A program made the position numbers and the translations under genes. The notes under the pieces were generated by a model. It saw only the letters and a list, made by a program, of their open reading frames with translations. It did no database searches and had not been told where the DNA came from. Of a DNA stretch of 25,644 nt, positions 18,227 to 25,376 are shown one piece after another. Each line of letters starts with the position of its first letter. Within the stretch, counting starts at the first letter, position 1. Source of the DNA: a virus (Duplodnaviria; Caudoviricetes); IMG/VR virus record IMGVR_UViG_3300025892_003904, positions 1 to 25,644 of that record, one strand, 5' to 3'.

Positions 18227-19538
18227 TTTTTGTATTACTGCTGCTAAAAATGAAAAAGATTATGTAATAGGACTATTAGATAGTTTGATAGATAATACTG
18301 AATTTGAAAAACATGAAATATTAATATTAATAGATTCTGATAATCAAAACCAATATGAAGAATTTCTAGAATATAGAAAAGATAAACCTAATATTAAAAT
18401 TTATAAAAATGAAGGTGATAGAATAGGATATCAAAGAAATATTTCTATTTTATTTTCTCATGCTATAAACGATGTAGTTGTATACTTACAGGCTGATATG
18501 GTAGCAGGAAATAAATTTGACCATTATTTTCTAGAAGCATTAAATAAAAATAAAAATGCTATAATTACTATAGCAAGAATAGAACCTCCTGTACATCCAG
18601 AATCACCAGAAAAAATTACAAAAAGTTTTGGATTAACTCCAGAGGAATTTCAGTATAAAGAATTTATAAAGTTTTCTAAAGAATTACAAAAAGAAAACAG
18701 ACCTATGATTTGGGGTCATTTTGCTCCTTTTGGGATGTATAAAGAAACTTATTTTAAAACATTAGGAGGGTTTGATACTAGATTTAGATGCTCCAGAGAA
18801 GATTCAGATTTTATTATTAGAATAGGAGCAACTAAATTAGATGCTTTAGAAACTTGGAATGCTCATGTTTACCATTATACTTGTGTTTCATCAAGAGGAA
18901 AAGATTGGTATAAAAATGATAATGAACAAGTTAAAATAAATAATGAATGGCAAACCTTAGCTGATCAGGAAGAATTAAAAAGATTTATTAGAAAATGGGG
19001 ATTTTTTGGTCATCATTATTTACCTAAATATAACTCATCATTGATTATTAATATTGATAGTGTACCACGTTTTCCTATACTGGAAGCTATTGAACCTTAT
19101 TTTGAAAAAATAATAATTAATGACCAAGATGTTTTAGCAGAATTGTACCGAAAAGTCAATTTTAACTATTATTATTACAGTAACCATAGATGGGGGTATG
19201 ATAATAATAAATGGGGTGAAGTAAAACATCGTTTTAACCAAAGTAATAATTTAAAAGATAGATTTGAGTTGTTAGAAGATTATAATAAAGATAATGATAT
19301 TATAATTAAAACAGACATGAGTGAATTATCTAAAAATTTTAATGCCCCCATTACTAACCAATTTATTAAACAATCAAACCAAATTTTTAATAATTTGCTA
19401 AAAGAAGATAAAAATCCTAGAGGTAGTTATAATATAGGATGCTTTGATATTAAAATAAAAGAATTAGTAGATATAAATCAAAAACACATAGAGGGATCAC
19501 AATATTTATTTGATACTAGTAAATATTTATTCAAATAA
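18213..19538 (+). CDS. Glycosyltransferase family 2 with C-terminal extension
   Basis: ISFCI, EILILIDSD, LQADM, RIEPP.HP, GGFD..F, REDSD, VYHYTC.SSRG, FIRKWG. Confidence 0.85.
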   Translation: MQPISFCITAAKNEKDYVIGLLDSLIDNTEFEKHEILILIDSDNQNQYEEFLEYRKDKPNIKIYKNEGDRIGYQRNISILFSHAINDVVVYLQADMVAGNKFDHYFLEALNKNKNAIITIARIEPPVHPESPEKITKSFGLTPEEFQYKEFIKFSKELQKENRPMIWGHFAPFGMYKETYFKTLGGFDTRFRCSREDSDFIIRIGATKLDALETWNAHVYHYTCVSSRGKDWYKNDNEQVKINNEWQTLADQEELKRFIRKWGFFGHHYLPKYNSSLIINIDSVPRFPILEAIEPYFEKIIINDQDVLAELYRKVNFNYYYYSNHRWGYDNNKWGEVKHRFNQSNNLKDRFELLEDYNKDNDIIIKTDMSELSKNFNAPITNQFIKQSNQIFNNLLKEDKNPRGSYNIGCFDIKIKELVDINQKHIEGSQYLFDTSKYLFK

Positions 19539-19539
19539 A

Positions 19540-19572
19540 TTAGGCTACCACAGATAAGGGTCGTATATTCAC
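19540..19572 (+). promoter_or_regulatory. Bipartite promoter-like motif, copy 1 (TTAGG...TCGTATATTCAC)
   Basis: TAGG at 19541 and TCGTATATTCAC at 19561 (20-nt offset, as in copies 2, 3 and 5). Confidence 0.75.
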
Positions 19573-19575
19573 ACC

Positions 19576-19691
19576 AAGTTAGTTAAGGTCAAAGCTGGTA
19601 GGGAGTAGTCCAGGTAAAAGATCCCATGAAGTATAAAACACAATCCACTAATCTTAAATGCATGTGGTTTCAATCTACTGCTTAACAACTT
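19576..19691 (+). ncRNA. Putative structured small RNA (~116 nt), family unknown
   Basis: Own promoter copy directly upstream; no plausible gene; ends pair (AAGTT-A-GTTAAG with CTTAAC-AACTT); GC richer than flanks; followed by a hairpin. Confidence 0.55.
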
Positions 19692-19696
19692 AGCCC

Positions 19697-19723
19697 CGCG
19701 GGCTTTCTTTAAAGATTCCCGCG
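19697..19723 (+). terminator. GC-rich hairpin, possible terminator or processing site
   Basis: CGCGGG (19697-19702) / CCCGCG (19718-19723) enclosing the TCTTTAAAGA palindrome; no clean U-tract. Confidence 0.45.
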
Positions 19724-19729
19724 CAAATA

Positions 19730-19762
19730 TTTGGTTACCCGAAGGAGGGTTCGTATATTTAC
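19730..19762 (+). promoter_or_regulatory. Bipartite promoter-like motif, copy 2 (TTTGG...TCGTATATTTAC)
   Basis: TTGG at 19731, TCGTATATTTAC at 19751; leader ends AATAAAGGTT-ATG. Confidence 0.8.
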
Positions 19763-19800
19763 AGGGTAAATAAGAATAATAATTAAAAACAATAAAGGTT

Positions 19801-20544
19801 ATGTCAAATTTAGAAAATCAATTAGATTTATTTCAAGGAGTATTATTAACAACTAAGCAAGAACAACAAATTGCTACTTGGGTTGAAGGTATGGCTAAAA
19901 GAGCAGTTGCACTTCAAGATGAGGTTAACACAATAATGTTAATGTTAGATAAAGCAGGTTTTGTTCAAAATGAAGATTATAAATGTAATTTTGAAGTTTT
20001 TGAAGTTACTAAAGAACAAGAATTTGGTTATTCTTATAATAATACTCATTTTGATCATGAAGTTACTTATATGAATGCTGTAGGTGGTGTTTCACTTATT
20101 ATTAACCATATTCATGAAGGTAAAATTAAAAAAATTAATGCTAGTGTAGATAGAGATTGTGATAAATTAATGTGTCCTACTGTTACTGACCAGTATAGAT
20201 ATTATAAGCCAAGTTCATTATTAACTAGACTTAAAGGGTATAATACTAGAAAAGTATCTGAATTGTTAAAAGATAAAGCAGAAAAAATAGCAATAGAAAA
20301 TGTAATAGCTAAATTTAAAAAGCAATATCCTGAAGCTGTTGTTTATTCTAGTACTGGTTATTATAAAAAATCTTATACTTCATTCCCAATAGTAAAAATT
20401 AAATTCCCATCAGGTAGTGAAGTTAGTTTTGCTTTAGGTTATAGTGATAATTTAGAAAATGTAAGATTTCATGAAAAATATGATGCTGTAAGTGAAAGTA
20501 CTGAAGCATTAATGGAAAGATTTAATAACCAACCATCAAAATAA
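19801..20544 (+). CDS. Hypothetical phage protein (247 aa)
   Basis: Long ORF behind promoter copy 2 with the conserved leader. Confidence 0.85.
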   Translation: MSNLENQLDLFQGVLLTTKQEQQIATWVEGMAKRAVALQDEVNTIMLMLDKAGFVQNEDYKCNFEVFEVTKEQEFGYSYNNTHFDHEVTYMNAVGGVSLIINHIHEGKIKKINASVDRDCDKLMCPTVTDQYRYYKPSSLLTRLKGYNTRKVSELLKDKAEKIAIENVIAKFKKQYPEAVVYSSTGYYKKSYTSFPIVKIKFPSGSEVSFALGYSDNLENVRFHEKYDAVSESTEALMERFNNQPSK

Positions 20545-20553
20545 AAATAAAAG

Positions 20554-20564
20554 TATATATTTAT
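20554..20564 (+). promoter_or_regulatory. TATATATTTAT motif (second class)
   Basis: In the gap after 20544; suggests the downstream gene starts at 20596 rather than 20563. Confidence 0.4.
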
Positions 20565-20595
20565 GTTACAGACATTAAAAAAACCAAATACACAT

Positions 20596-20925
20596 ATGAA
20601 ATTAAAAATGATAAAATGTAGATCGTGTGGTGGGAATATGCCCGAATTAAGATTAATTAAATTTGGATATAATTTTTGTGTTACATGTTCGGAAACTAAA
20701 AATTTAGTAGGTACAAAACGTGGTATCCCAGTATTAAGAGGTGAAGGTGATCACACATGGACTGAAACTGTTATTATGGATGAAGAAGAATATTTTAAAC
20801 ATACAGAACAAGATGAATTATTAGTAAAAACAATAGGTAATAATAAAAAAACACCAGTAGATGAAGATAGGGACTTGCAAGGTCCGTTTAGAATTATTAA
20901 TAATACTCTTAATAAAGATTATTAG
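20596..20925 (+). CDS. DksA/TraR-type C4 zinc-finger protein (ORF open from 20563)
   Basis: CRSCGGNMPELRL...FCVTCS matches the CxxCG..IP..RL...CxxC pattern. Confidence 0.7.
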   Translation: MKLKMIKCRSCGGNMPELRLIKFGYNFCVTCSETKNLVGTKRGIPVLRGEGDHTWTETVIMDEEEYFKHTEQDELLVKTIGNNKKTPVDEDRDLQGPFRIINNTLNKDY

Positions 20926-20927
20926 TT

Positions 20928-21545
20928 TTGCCTAGACCTAAACCTTTATCTAAAGAACAAATAGTAGCTGCTCAATCAAAAACCAATTCTAATATGAGTG
21001 CAGCTAGATATTTGCATGTTTCTTATACACATTATAAGAGATATGCTAAAATGTATAAACTATTTGAATCCCATAAAAACCAATCAGGTAAAGGTATTCC
21101 TAAATTTTTAAAAGGAAGTAAAAAGGAACCACCTATGCTTGAAATTATTGAAGGTAGAATTGCAGCCTCTTCATTTAATCCAAATAAACTTAAGTATAAA
21201 ATGATAGAAGAGGGATATTTATTAGAGGAATGTTCTATGTGTAGTTTTAAAGAGCGTAGAGTATTAGATTATAAAATGCCCCTATTACTTCATTTTAAGG
21301 ATAAAAATAGTAATAACTATTCTTTAGATAATGTTCAATTACTTTGTTATAACCATTATTTTTTAACTGTTGGAGACATCTTCAATAAACAAGATGAAAA
21401 ACAAATTGAAACCCAACAAGAACATAGTGGTACCAGTGAAAAAATTGAGTGGGAAGTAGATGATTATCACCTTCAACGTTTAAAAGAACTAGGATTAGGA
21501 GATACTGAAGAAGATGATGTTAACCAATATATTAGTAGAATATGA
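20928..21545 (+). CDS. HTH + degenerate HNH-like domain protein (TTG start)
   Basis: SAARYLHVSYTHYKRY (HTH-like); CSMC...LLLHFKDKNSNNYSLDNVQLLCYNH (HNH-like, canonical HH/CxxCH altered). Confidence 0.7.
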   Translation: MPRPKPLSKEQIVAAQSKTNSNMSAARYLHVSYTHYKRYAKMYKLFESHKNQSGKGIPKFLKGSKKEPPMLEIIEGRIAASSFNPNKLKYKMIEEGYLLEECSMCSFKERRVLDYKMPLLLHFKDKNSNNYSLDNVQLLCYNHYFLTVGDIFNKQDEKQIETQQEHSGTSEKIEWEVDDYHLQRLKELGLGDTEEDDVNQYISRI

Positions 21546-21670
21546 TAGATTTAGATAAACATAAATTTTTTGAATATCAATCAAAACAATATGTAGTACC
21601 TTTAGAAATAGCTAAAAAAGCAATAGAAGAAATTAAAGGTAAAGACATTAATATAAGTGATTATTTCTGA
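21542..21670 (+). CDS. Small hypothetical protein (42 aa; absent from ORF track)
   Basis: ATGA overlap with the upstream stop; MIDLDKHKFF...ISDYF*; exactly fills the gap to the ATG at 21672. Confidence 0.6.
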   Translation: MIDLDKHKFFEYQSKQYVVPLEIAKKAIEEIKGKDINISDYF

Positions 21671-21671
21671 T

Positions 21672-21842
21672 ATGAAAAAAATAAAATTATTAAATAAAAA
21701 ATATCATAAAATTACTCGTGATTATGATAAACAAAAAAGTAAACATTTAGAAAGGTTAACAGATAAAATGTTAAGCAATGATGAAAAAGCTCAACAGTTA
21801 AAATCTAAACCAATTAAAGGAGATTTTTTAAAAAATTTTTAA
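21672..21842 (+). CDS. Small basic hypothetical protein (56 aa)
   Basis: ATG 1 nt after the preceding stop; preferred to the GTG at 21657. Confidence 0.65.
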   Translation: MKKIKLLNKKYHKITRDYDKQKSKHLERLTDKMLSNDEKAQQLKSKPIKGDFLKNF

Positions 21843-21843
21843 T

Positions 21844-22440
21844 ATGAAAAAAATAGATAATATTGAATTCGTACTGGGCTGTGCTCTTGTTTTATTTATT
21901 CTTACACTATCATCTTTTGGATATATAATGCATCAGAACTATGTTATAGCTAACGAAATGGAGATAGCTGAAATAGCTCCTCTTCCTGAACCTATAATAG
22001 AAGCTCCAGCTAATATTAAAGTGAATAATTTGGATACTTTCTTATACGATATGGCTAAAAGAGAATCGAGTAACAGGTATGACGTAGTTAATCAGTTTGG
22101 GTATATGGGAGCTTATCAATTTGGCTCTAATACTCTAAAGAGCTTGGGTTATGATATATCTAAAGAAGAATTCTTAAGTAACCCAGCTCTTCAAGAAGAA
22201 GCTATGATTAAACTTTTAAAAGCTAACAAACATACCTTAAGGAGGCAGATAAAAAAGTACGATGGAAAGTTGGTTAACGGAGTATTAGTTACTGAATCAG
22301 GCTTATTAGCAGCAGCTCATTTAGTAGGTGCTGGTACTGTTCGTAAATGGGTAAGAAATGGTAAGAAATATACTGATGGAAATGGTGTAGACTTAACAAG
22401 TTACTTAGTTAAATTTAATGGGTATTACTTAAACATATAA
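21844..22440 (+). CDS. Membrane-anchored lysozyme-like / lytic transglycosylase protein
   Basis: N-terminal hydrophobic helix, Pro/Glu linker, RESS..Y..VN..GYMGAYQF, GLLAAAHL.G.G. Confidence 0.75.
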   Translation: MKKIDNIEFVLGCALVLFILTLSSFGYIMHQNYVIANEMEIAEIAPLPEPIIEAPANIKVNNLDTFLYDMAKRESSNRYDVVNQFGYMGAYQFGSNTLKSLGYDISKEEFLSNPALQEEAMIKLLKANKHTLRRQIKKYDGKLVNGVLVTESGLLAAAHLVGAGTVRKWVRNGKKYTDGNGVDLTSYLVKFNGYYLNI

Positions 22441-22442
22441 AT

Positions 22443-22452
22443 TATATTTATA
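22443..22452 (+). promoter_or_regulatory. TATATTTATA motif (second class)
   Basis: Intergenic, 5 nt before the ATG at 22458. Confidence 0.4.
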
Positions 22453-22457
22453 ATTGT

Positions 22458-22613
22458 ATGAATAATTTAACACCAGCAGATGTTTTTAATAACATGAGTG
22501 ATAAAGATTTTGAGTTAGTAATAAAAGCAAATAGATTAAGAGATTTATGCTTTGCTCTTTCACTAGATTTAGAAATGAAACAAAATAAAACAAAAGACAT
22601 ATATTGGGCTTAA
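22458..22613 (+). CDS. Small hypothetical protein (51 aa; absent from ORF track)
   Basis: MNNLTPADVF...DIYWA*; fills the gap, preceded by the TATATTTATA motif. Confidence 0.6.
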   Translation: MNNLTPADVFNNMSDKDFELVIKANRLRDLCFALSLDLEMKQNKTKDIYWA

Positions 22614-22634
22614 TAAAAAATAATGTATAAAAAA

Positions 22635-22667
22635 TTAGGCTCCCCAAAGAATTATTCGTATATTCAC
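22635..22667 (+). promoter_or_regulatory. Bipartite promoter-like motif, copy 3 (TTAGG...TCGTATATTCAC)
   Basis: TAGG at 22636, TCGTATATTCAC at 22656; leader AAAAATAAAGGTT-ATG. Confidence 0.8.
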
Positions 22668-22688
22668 GGATAATTAAAAATAAAGGTT

Positions 22689-23132
22689 ATGCCCATAGTA
22701 GAATTTTCTAATTTAAATAAACACGGTAATATTCGAACTCGTAGGTTTTTTCAAGAAAAATCCAACCTAAGTATTAATCCAAGTGGATTTGGTCCATTTA
22801 TAGGATTTAAACTTTTTAAATATGATTATCAAGGCCATACAGTACCAACAATAGCAAAAATTAATAATAAAACTTATTTAATGCCTATATGGCAAGAAGT
22901 AATTGAAGGTACTACTTTAAATGATATTAACTGGTTGAAACCTAAAATTAAAACTAAAGAAAAACAAAAAAATATTATTGTAAAATCATCTAGTTCAAGT
23001 AGTGATAAAGTTTATACCACTACATTTTATCCTGATAGTGGTAAGTTTTATTGTGATTGCCCTGGTAGATGGAGAGCGTTAGATAGTAAATGTAAACATA
23101 TAAAAGCATTAGAATTAAAAACAAATAAATAA
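22689..23132 (+). CDS. SWIM zinc-finger protein
   Basis: C-terminal YCDCPG...CKHI (CxC-xn-CxH). Confidence 0.8.
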   Translation: MPIVEFSNLNKHGNIRTRRFFQEKSNLSINPSGFGPFIGFKLFKYDYQGHTVPTIAKINNKTYLMPIWQEVIEGTTLNDINWLKPKIKTKEKQKNIIVKSSSSSSDKVYTTTFYPDSGKFYCDCPGRWRALDSKCKHIKALELKTNK

Positions 23133-23150
23133 AAAAGTAAGCTGAAAGAG

Positions 23151-23183
23151 TGCGAGTAAGTAGGATATCTTTCGTATATTCAC
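23151..23183 (+). promoter_or_regulatory. Promoter-like motif, copy 4 (TTCGTATATTCAC; upstream element degenerate)
   Basis: TCGTATATTCAC at 23172; TGCG at 23151 instead of TWGG; leader AAAAAATAAAGGTAAAT-ATG. Confidence 0.7.
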
Positions 23184-23230
23184 GTGTTCGAATGATTCGA
23201 GCGATTAATTAATAAAAAATAAAGGTAAAT

Positions 23231-23740
23231 ATGAAAAAAGCAATGTTAGTTGAAAGATTAGTTACAAAAATGGGAAAATATGGTCCAAGGTTAAAGGGAA
23301 ATGCAGCAGCAGTAGTAACAGGGCAATTATTAGAAATTGAATTTTGTGACATACACAAATACATTGAATTAGAAGATGGAGATGGTTATGATGGTGTTGT
23401 AATTAAAGATATTAAATTCCAATTAAGAGGCAAAACTATAACTATAAAAGCAGGTGAACTAATAGAAATTAAATCAAAATCATCATTTGCTAATGGTAAT
23501 ATTGTTGCTTATGATAATGATAAAAAAAGAAACAAGTATAATTGGTTAGTAATAATGATATTTAATCATATAGAAACTAGAGTAGCAATTATCCATCATG
23601 ATGAATTTAATAAAAAAATAATAGATCAAGAGGGTGTTGGGTTAACATTAAATTTAGATCAAACACATCAAAAGAATAGTATCTTTACAGATTTATTTTT
23701 AGAAAATGAATATCTTAATTATAATTTAATATCATCATAA
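23231..23740 (+). CDS. Putative PD-(D/E)XK restriction-endonuclease-fold protein
   Basis: GQLLE...GDGYDG...LIEIKS (E...D...ExK order). Confidence 0.55.
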   Translation: MKKAMLVERLVTKMGKYGPRLKGNAAAVVTGQLLEIEFCDIHKYIELEDGDGYDGVVIKDIKFQLRGKTITIKAGELIEIKSKSSFANGNIVAYDNDKKRNKYNWLVIMIFNHIETRVAIIHHDEFNKKIIDQEGVGLTLNLDQTHQKNSIFTDLFLENEYLNYNLISS

Positions 23741-24129
23741 TGGCAGAAAATAGAGGTAGACCAAGTGAAAAACCAGCAATAGTATTGGATAAATGGACTC
23801 AGGAAACTGAAGATCAAGTATGGCACTTTGATAGAAATAAATTTCCATATGGGTGTTACAAGGTAGAAAATAAATATAAAGCAGGTGAAAAACAATCTAA
23901 ACCTAAAATAGATCAACGTTTATATCATAAAAATATGCCTACAGTAGTAGTATTTAGTACATCAAATCGTTCAAATGCTAAGATTAAAATTAAAATAATC
24001 AATAAAAATATTGATTATGTTCTATCAGCTAAAAAAATACCAGGTATACCTGAAATAGCTGAATGGTTGGAAATTGGTACTGGTAAGTCATTTATAGATA
24101 AGTATAAACAAAAATATAATCTAGCTTAA
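23740..24129 (+). CDS. Hypothetical basic protein (N-terminal RGRP)
   Basis: TAATG overlap with the upstream gene; 129 aa. Confidence 0.75.
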   Translation: MAENRGRPSEKPAIVLDKWTQETEDQVWHFDRNKFPYGCYKVENKYKAGEKQSKPKIDQRLYHKNMPTVVVFSTSNRSNAKIKIKIINKNIDYVLSAKKIPGIPEIAEWLEIGTGKSFIDKYKQKYNLA

Positions 24130-24133
24130 TCTT

Positions 24134-24145
24134 TATATATTTATA
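24134..24145 (+). promoter_or_regulatory. TATATATTTATA motif (second class)
   Basis: Intergenic, 12-mer identical to 3987-3998. Confidence 0.45.
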
Positions 24146-24170
24146 ACAAAATATTTAAATCAAATTTATT

Positions 24171-24431
24171 ATGGATACAATTTTAATTATTATTGGGTTA
24201 CTAATTTTAGGTGGAGGAGTTGCAATTTACAAGTTTAAAACATCATCTAAAAAACCATCAGCTAAGAAACCAGCTAAAAAAGGAAAAGGAAATATCGTTA
24301 AAAAAGATGACCCTTTCTTCGAAAAGAATCCAAACAGAGATCCTTTAGTTAAATTAGCTAAGGAACATTTAGATAAATCAACAAAAAAACCTAGTAAGGT
24401 AAAAAAGTCTTATAAAAAGAAAAAGAAATAA
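24171..24431 (+). CDS. Small membrane-anchored Lys-rich protein
   Basis: ILIIIGLLILGGGVAIY transmembrane helix followed by KKPS/KKPA-rich tail. Confidence 0.75.
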   Translation: MDTILIIIGLLILGGGVAIYKFKTSSKKPSAKKPAKKGKGNIVKKDDPFFEKNPNRDPLVKLAKEHLDKSTKKPSKVKKSYKKKKK

Positions 24432-24432
24432 T

Positions 24433-25320
24433 ATGAGCAAGTATAAATTAATGGATATTTTTGAATCGTTTAAAGATGATTTATCCTCCGAAGAAAAAGA
24501 ACGCTATGACATGTTAACTTCTGACGACAAAGATAAACTTGAAAGAATCAAGGCGTTAATGGATAAAGAAAAAGTTAATATTGAAAAAGATGCTAAAAAG
24601 TCTATGGGGATGTTAAAAGAAATGGATTTAGAAGTATCACAACGTATTGAGGGTTTACTTAATATGGGAATGAAGAATAAATTCTTAGATATGGGGATGG
24701 ATTTAATTCAAGATGTACTTGAAGAGGATGAATTTGATATTAATGATATTATTTCTCATTTAGCATATGAATTAGGTCAACATTATGATTCATTTGCCAG
24801 ACAAGGTGATAAATTAGCAGGTATGGAAGAAGGATATGGTAATGAAGATGGAGATAAAGATGATTCTCCAACAGAAGATGAAACTGAAAAAATGAGATTT
24901 AAGGAAGATCTGAATATGGATATGGATTATGATGGTATGTTTGCTTATTTAGATTTAATTAGAAGAGATGATAAGGATTATATGGATAAAGAATATATAA
25001 TGACAGAATTTGGTGTTGATTCAGGAGAAGCAAGACAAGTATTAAATGCTTATCAAAAACAATTAAATATTGAAGAAATGGCTCCAGAAGTTGAAATACT
25101 AATTAAAAAAGTTAGAAGTGGATTAAAAGATTCAGATAAAAATTTCCAACCTATGGAAATTGATATGTACATTGATTCATTAAAAAGGGATTTTGAAAGT
25201 GGTGGATTTGAATCATATGAAGATATGACAATAGAAGACCATTCAGAAGATTTATTCAATATGATTGCAGATAAATCATTACAAGAACATTTTGGTCGTT
25301 TTATGAAAGATTACCAATAG
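24433..25320 (+). CDS. Highly acidic hypothetical protein (295 aa)
   Basis: Long ORF, very D/E/M-rich. Confidence 0.85.
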   Translation: MSKYKLMDIFESFKDDLSSEEKERYDMLTSDDKDKLERIKALMDKEKVNIEKDAKKSMGMLKEMDLEVSQRIEGLLNMGMKNKFLDMGMDLIQDVLEEDEFDINDIISHLAYELGQHYDSFARQGDKLAGMEEGYGNEDGDKDDSPTEDETEKMRFKEDLNMDMDYDGMFAYLDLIRRDDKDYMDKEYIMTEFGVDSGEARQVLNAYQKQLNIEEMAPEVEILIKKVRSGLKDSDKNFQPMEIDMYIDSLKRDFESGGFESYEDMTIEDHSEDLFNMIADKSLQEHFGRFMKDYQ

Positions 25321-25341
25321 AAATCAAAAACATTTAAAAGT

Positions 25342-25376
25342 AATCGCGTATCTATTTGGATACGCGATTTTTTTTT
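25342..25376 (+). terminator. Rho-independent terminator
   Basis: Perfect 11-bp stem AATCGCGTATC / GATACGCGATT followed by a T-run, 21 nt after the stop codon. Confidence 0.85.

Noticed and set aside
4227-19538. Ordinary bacterial O-antigen or capsule locus
   Set aside because: No flippase, polymerase, chain-length regulator or initiating transferase, and both flanks are phage-like; cannot be fully excluded without the rest of the contig.
19584-19626. Twister-ribozyme resemblance (TAA...GCTGGT...CCAGGTAAAAG)
   Set aside because: The conserved G-A after P2 and the two pseudoknot pairings are missing.
19582-19690. Canonical tRNA gene
   Set aside because: No proper D-stem or anticodon arm, a G-G mismatch in the acceptor stem, a non-canonical T-loop and no CCA; kept only as a tRNA-like hint.
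471-25259. All minus-strand ORFs and the nested + strand ORFs 5263-5451 and 7234-7416
   Set aside because: Short, almost entirely overlapping well-supported + strand genes, and without motifs; treated as shadow ORFs.
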